This document shows positions 60,292-64,000 of a DNA stretch of 64,000 bases, one piece after another. Position numbers and translations under genes: made by a program. Position 1 is the first letter of the stretch. Each line of letters starts with the position of its first letter. The DNA is taken from contig OY762463.1 in assembly GCA_963665815.1 (NCBI GenBank), forward strand, positions 2,624,001 to 2,688,000, in the 5' to 3' direction. Under the pieces are notes generated by a model. That model searched no databases. It was not told where the DNA came from and saw only the letters and a program-made list of their open reading frames with translations. Source of the DNA: Candidatus Cloacimonadales bacterium (lineage in GTDB: Bacteria > Cloacimonadota > Cloacimonadia > Cloacimonadales > JAIOQZ01).

Positions 60292-61800
60292 TCAATTCCG
60301 TTTTAGATAGTTTATTCCGAGTTTATCCATTCTGTTTCTTAGTGTACTGGAGTTAATATCAAGAATCTCGGCAGCACCACCCGGTCCATGAATCTTGCCT
60401 TTTGTTTTTTCAATTACGTTTTCTATATGCATCTTCATTACATCATCCAGTCTCTGGAATTCATCCTGAAGTGCTTCTCTTTTTCTGTAGCTCATGAAAT
60501 CAAAATCAATCGGACCATGCGGATTAATGATTAATGCCCTCTCAACAACATTTTCCAGCTCTCTGACATTACCCGGCCAATTGTAGTTCTGTAATACATC
60601 AATTGCATTTTTTCCCAGAGATGGGATTTTCTTCAATCTCAATTCATTTGACTTCTTCTTAAGAAAATGGTTCACGAGAGAAGGTAAATCACTCATTCTT
60701 TCTCTCAAGGGGGGGATTATAATTGGGAAAACATTGAGCCTGAACAGAAGATCTTCTCTGAAACTCTTCTCTTTTACACATAATTCAAGATTTTTGTTTG
60801 TTGCAGCAATTATCCTGGTATTCAGTGAAATAGGATGTTCTCCACCAACTCTTTCAATCTCTTTTGTCTGAATAACTCTAAGCAGTCTGGTTTGCAGAGC
60901 AATAGGCAATTCTCCAATTTCATCCAGGAAAATCGTTCCTTTATTTGCTCTTTCAAATTTACCTTTCTTTCTATATGTTGCTCCTGTAAAAGCACCCTGT
61001 TCATGTCCGAATAACTCACTGTCAATTAATGTTTCGGGAATTGCTCCACAATTTACACAAACAAAGTTGTTTTTTTTTCTGTCAGACAGCTCATGAATCA
61101 AGTTTGCAATAACTTCTTTACCAACTCCGGTTTCTCCCAGTATTAACACAGGAGTATCTTTCTCGGCTACAAGCTTTACTTTTTCTATAACAGATTTGAG
61201 CCCGGCAAATGATCCTATAACTTCTGTTCCTATATCTTTACAGAATCTTTCCTTGAAATACTCATTATCTTTAACTAACTGCTGGTTGTATTTATACAAC
61301 TCAAAGTGCTTTTTTGCATTAGCCATTGCAATCAGTAAGGGGGCTTTCACTAATTCCACCCATCGCAGATGCTCAGCTTTGAATTTTTCCTTTCCTTTCG
61401 TCATTAATGATATAAAACCAATTGAGTCATAAACATTCCGTAAAACAAGAACAATAATTGATGAGGGAAATTCCTGATAATGCTGTCCGATCTCTCTCGA
61501 TACTAATGATTCCTTAGGTTCTTCTATCAGGAATACATCGTCTTCCGGAGGTAAATTATAAAGAAAGTCAATAGCTTCAGGTGTCAGAGGAAGCCAATCA
61601 TCATAAAGCTTTCCTCCGTTTTTTGTGACATAAGCAATTGTGTGTAGAGACTTTAATTCTTCATTTAAAAATTGAGCGGCTGTAAAATCCAGTGGTATGT
61701 GTTCTTTTAACAGATTATGCAGTTCTTCCAGGCTTTTCTCAATATGTAGATGACTGCAAATTCTGAATACAGCTTTGTAAAAATATTCTTTTGGAGGCAT
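60292..61800 (-). CDS. Sigma-54-dependent enhancer-binding activator with a GAF domain (FhlA-like)
   Basis: GETGVGKE, VNCGAIP, SELFGHE.GAFTGA, FLDEIGE, FREDL.FRLNV, WPGNVRELEN and a C-terminal HTH. Confidence 0.95.
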   Translation of the reverse strand: MPPKEYFYKAVFRICSHLHIEKSLEELHNLLKEHIPLDFTAAQFLNEELKSLHTIAYVTKNGGKLYDDWLPLTPEAIDFLYNLPPEDDVFLIEEPKESLVSREIGQHYQEFPSSIIVLVLRNVYDSIGFISLMTKGKEKFKAEHLRWVELVKAPLLIAMANAKKHFELYKYNQQLVKDNEYFKERFCKDIGTEVIGSFAGLKSVIEKVKLVAEKDTPVLILGETGVGKEVIANLIHELSDRKKNNFVCVNCGAIPETLIDSELFGHEQGAFTGATYRKKGKFERANKGTIFLDEIGELPIALQTRLLRVIQTKEIERVGGEHPISLNTRIIAATNKNLELCVKEKSFREDLLFRLNVFPIIIPPLRERMSDLPSLVNHFLKKKSNELRLKKIPSLGKNAIDVLQNYNWPGNVRELENVVERALIINPHGPIDFDFMSYRKREALQDEFQRLDDVMKMHIENVIEKTKGKIHGPGGAAEILDINSSTLRNRMDKLGINYLKRN

Positions 61801-61978
61801 ACTCTAATCCTTAGTAATAATTATGACTCAAACTTTTTAATTACTGATTAACAATCAAGCAAAATGTATAATATATTGTAAACAAAGAAAAACAGCATAA
61901 AAATGAGTAAGAGTTTAAATTGTATAATTAATCTAAACTATTTAAAATAAATTGTTCTTTACTGTCAGAAGTTCAACT

Positions 61979-62378
61979 TCAGTTTATCTTTTTAAGAAAC
62001 ATGTATTCATTATTTTTTTCTGAAAACGAATTTACTCCAAAAATTCTCATCATCCAGAGAATTAAATGAGAAGTTCCATTTTGTGATTGTATTAAGTTCT
62101 TTCATGGCAATTACACCATAATGTAATCCTTTGTTTTCCTTATCTGTTATGGGAGGATTTTCTGTAAAGTATGTCCACTCATACAACTTACCTGATTTTG
62201 TCTCAAACAGGAAATACTTAAGAATTTCTTCTCCGGATCTTGTTGTAACAACTACCGGATTGAGAATGTATTTTTTACTTAATGGGTATATCAATACAAG
62301 TTCATCTCTGCACAACTTATAATCGGCAAAGTCACTATGATTATCTTTTGTTAACTTATCATAAACGGGATTAGCTTG
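61979..62378 (-). pseudogene. Detached C-terminal remnant, in frame with 62412..63104
   Basis: Same frame as the upstream gene, separated from it by three stops; reads QANPVYDKLTKDN...NPVVVT...LYEWTYF...WNFSF..LDDENFWSKFVF; a frameshift in an A-run gives KNNEYMFLKKIN*. Confidence 0.6.
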
Positions 62379-62411
62379 TTAAAGCATATGTTGTGTTCAT
62401 GCTTTTCTTTT

Positions 62412-63104
62412 CTACTGCATACTGTTTTTTCTCAGCATTGATATAAAATCTTCGAGGGAAGCTTTTACTGCGTTGTTTATGCAGCAGTAAAGAGAGCCTT
62501 CATTGCATGCATAATCGAATCCATGATTTTCTGAGTTCAGCAGGTAGGATTTCTCCAGAACAATAATATCATGTTCTCTGTCATAAACTTTTATTTCTAA
62601 TTCAAGACTTTTTTTACCTTTATTCTCTGTAAACTCAGCCTTAGGAAAACTTACGACAAACTGAACACCTTTCTCTATAGCTAATTCTGAAAGATTTCTG
62701 GTTTTCGATTTTTTTTTATGTTCAACAAGAAACAGCAAACCAGAACTGTCATAGTTCATTGTTAAATCCTCCATGATCTTCTGTTGATAAAGAAATGATA
62801 TGTATGAGTAAACATCGATATCTTTAACAAACTCAATCTGATTCTTCACCATTTGCATAAAATTATCCTGAAGTCCTTCAGGGATTTCCTGCTCTACACC
62901 TGAATTGAAATAACCTTTCAACTCAATATTCATTGAGTCTATTTCGTTTTGAAGCGTTTTATCTGCTTTAGCCTTATCCGGAACAAGAAATAGTATTGAT
63001 GGGTCATAATCTTTTGCAGCATACAGAGATACTGAACTCAGTACAGAAAAAAGAAAAATAAGAAAAAGTGGCATTTTTAAGAAAACAGCAATATGCTTGA
63101 ACAT
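62412..63104 (-). CDS. Secreted hypothetical protein, paralogue of 57887..58600 (possibly truncated)
   Basis: Shared motifs with 57887..58600; the upstream regions are also similar (AGAAAGTCAAG.TAATAAT). Confidence 0.75.
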   Translation of the reverse strand: MFKHIAVFLKMPLFLIFLFSVLSSVSLYAAKDYDPSILFLVPDKAKADKTLQNEIDSMNIELKGYFNSGVEQEIPEGLQDNFMQMVKNQIEFVKDIDVYSYISFLYQQKIMEDLTMNYDSSGLLFLVEHKKKSKTRNLSELAIEKGVQFVVSFPKAEFTENKGKKSLELEIKVYDREHDIIVLEKSYLLNSENHGFDYACNEGSLYCCINNAVKASLEDFISMLRKNSMQ

Positions 63105-63431
63105 AAAAAAAATCTCCCTATCAGAATTTATGAAGAAACTCAGTTAAGTATTAAGAAAGTCAAGGTAATAATGTTTCTCGATTTTTTATATATGCTCAAG
63201 AACTTGCTTTTTCTGACGGAAGAGATTAAAACTGTTCAGTAAGTATTTCCTTATATATCATTAAGACTTTTTGAACAATTCAATTATTTCCTGATAATGC
63301 CATTAATTTGTTGACATATTGTCTGCTTGTCCATGATAATGAATGAAAGGGAATACTGCATTAAGGATAATAGTTGAATTTTATTTTAGTGCAGAACTCT
63401 CTGAAATTATAAAAGGAAAACATCTAATTCA

Positions 63432-64000
63432 ATGCGAAAAAAGATATCACCTTATTTTTATATTTTGCCTGCAGCAGTAATCATATTCATGTTCAGGTTT
63501 ATTCCAATTATACTCTCTTTTTTTCTAAGCTTCTTCAAGTGGGATGTTAACGGAAGAGGAGATTTCATAGGATTGGAAAACTATGTGAATATACTTCATG
63601 ATTCTGAGTTCTGGCAATCTCTGGGAAACACATTCTGGCTTGTAATACTTGTTGTTCCGGCAACAATCATATTCTCTCTCTTTTTTGCATTTATGCTGAA
63701 TAATATCAAAAAGCTGAGAGGATTTTTCAGAACATTGTATTTTATTCCAACCGTAACATCTCTTGTTGCCGTATCTATAGTGTTCAAAATAATGTTCAAT
63801 CAGAGAAGCGGTTTGATTAATTATATGCTTGGAAAAATAGGTATTCAGCCATTAGGCTGGCTGGCGGAAAGCCGTGGAATCTTTGAATTGATGACAGGAC
63901 ATGATTTACCCGGTATCCTGGGAGGTCCGTCTCTTGCATTATTCTGTATAATAATTCTGACAATCTGGAAATCGCTTGGATATAACACTATTATATATCT
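63432..64000 (+). CDS. Carbohydrate ABC transporter permease (UgpA/MalF-like), 3' truncated by the window edge; absent from the ORF track
   Basis: MRKKISPYFYILPA...FIGLENY...FWQSLGNT...FFRTLYFIP.VTS.VA...GLIN...IWKSLGYN. Confidence 0.92.
   Translation, partial: MRKKISPYFYILPAAVIIFMFRFIPIILSFFLSFFKWDVNGRGDFIGLENYVNILHDSEFWQSLGNTFWLVILVVPATIIFSLFFAFMLNNIKKLRGFFRTLYFIPTVTSLVAVSIVFKIMFNQRSGLINYMLGKIGIQPLGWLAESRGIFELMTGHDLPGILGGPSLALFCIIILTIWKSLGYNTIIY

Noticed and set aside
63596..63799. 67-aa minus-strand ORF
   Set aside because: It is antisense to the real ABC permease gene starting at 63432
1..64000. CRISPR array, tRNA/rRNA, integron attC array or intact transposase/integrase
   Set aside because: No regularly spaced repeats, cloverleaf or rRNA signatures, or recombinase ORFs were seen; the repeats found are dispersed pairs only

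Overview
This is an AT-rich bacterial chromosome segment. Two large secreted proteins end in a 'YPNPFNPET..IYNIKG..ASGVYF' FlgD-Ig/T9SS-like C-terminal domain, and together with the anaerobic amino-acid-fermenter gene content this suggests a Cloacimonadota-like FCB-related organism (inference). Core genes include an aldehyde:ferredoxin oxidoreductase preceded by the 3' end of a Moco/Tuco-type riboswitch, with MoaD/ThiS and ThiF partners. Also present are a 2-oxoacid dehydrogenase E1a-E1b-E2-E3 operon, HtrA, an M42 peptidase, a TPR-PAS histidine kinase, uvrB, Nif3, a PAS-adenylate cyclase, DJ-1/MarR, meaB, holB, gltX, a C25 gingipain-like protease, a sigma-54 activator and a partial sugar ABC permease. 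The accessory signals are: (1) an mrr gene overlapping an uncharacterised HNH-like gene, with its own promoter, operator-like palindrome and terminator (candidate two-gene defence system); (2) tandem ~860-aa secreted paralogues of unknown function; (3) a family of structured MITE-like repeats with GGGGG(G/T)AT(G/C/T)CC ends lying just upstream of -35 boxes; (4) a rearrangement hotspot upstream of gltX, where single genes are flanked by direct repeats; (5) a small IS5-like MITE with a 5-bp target duplication; (6) a putative sigma-54 promoter/enhancer/activator module; and (7) several pseudogene remnants. No rRNA, tRNA, CRISPR array or intact transposase was seen. All calls come from reading the sequence by eye; no searches were run.
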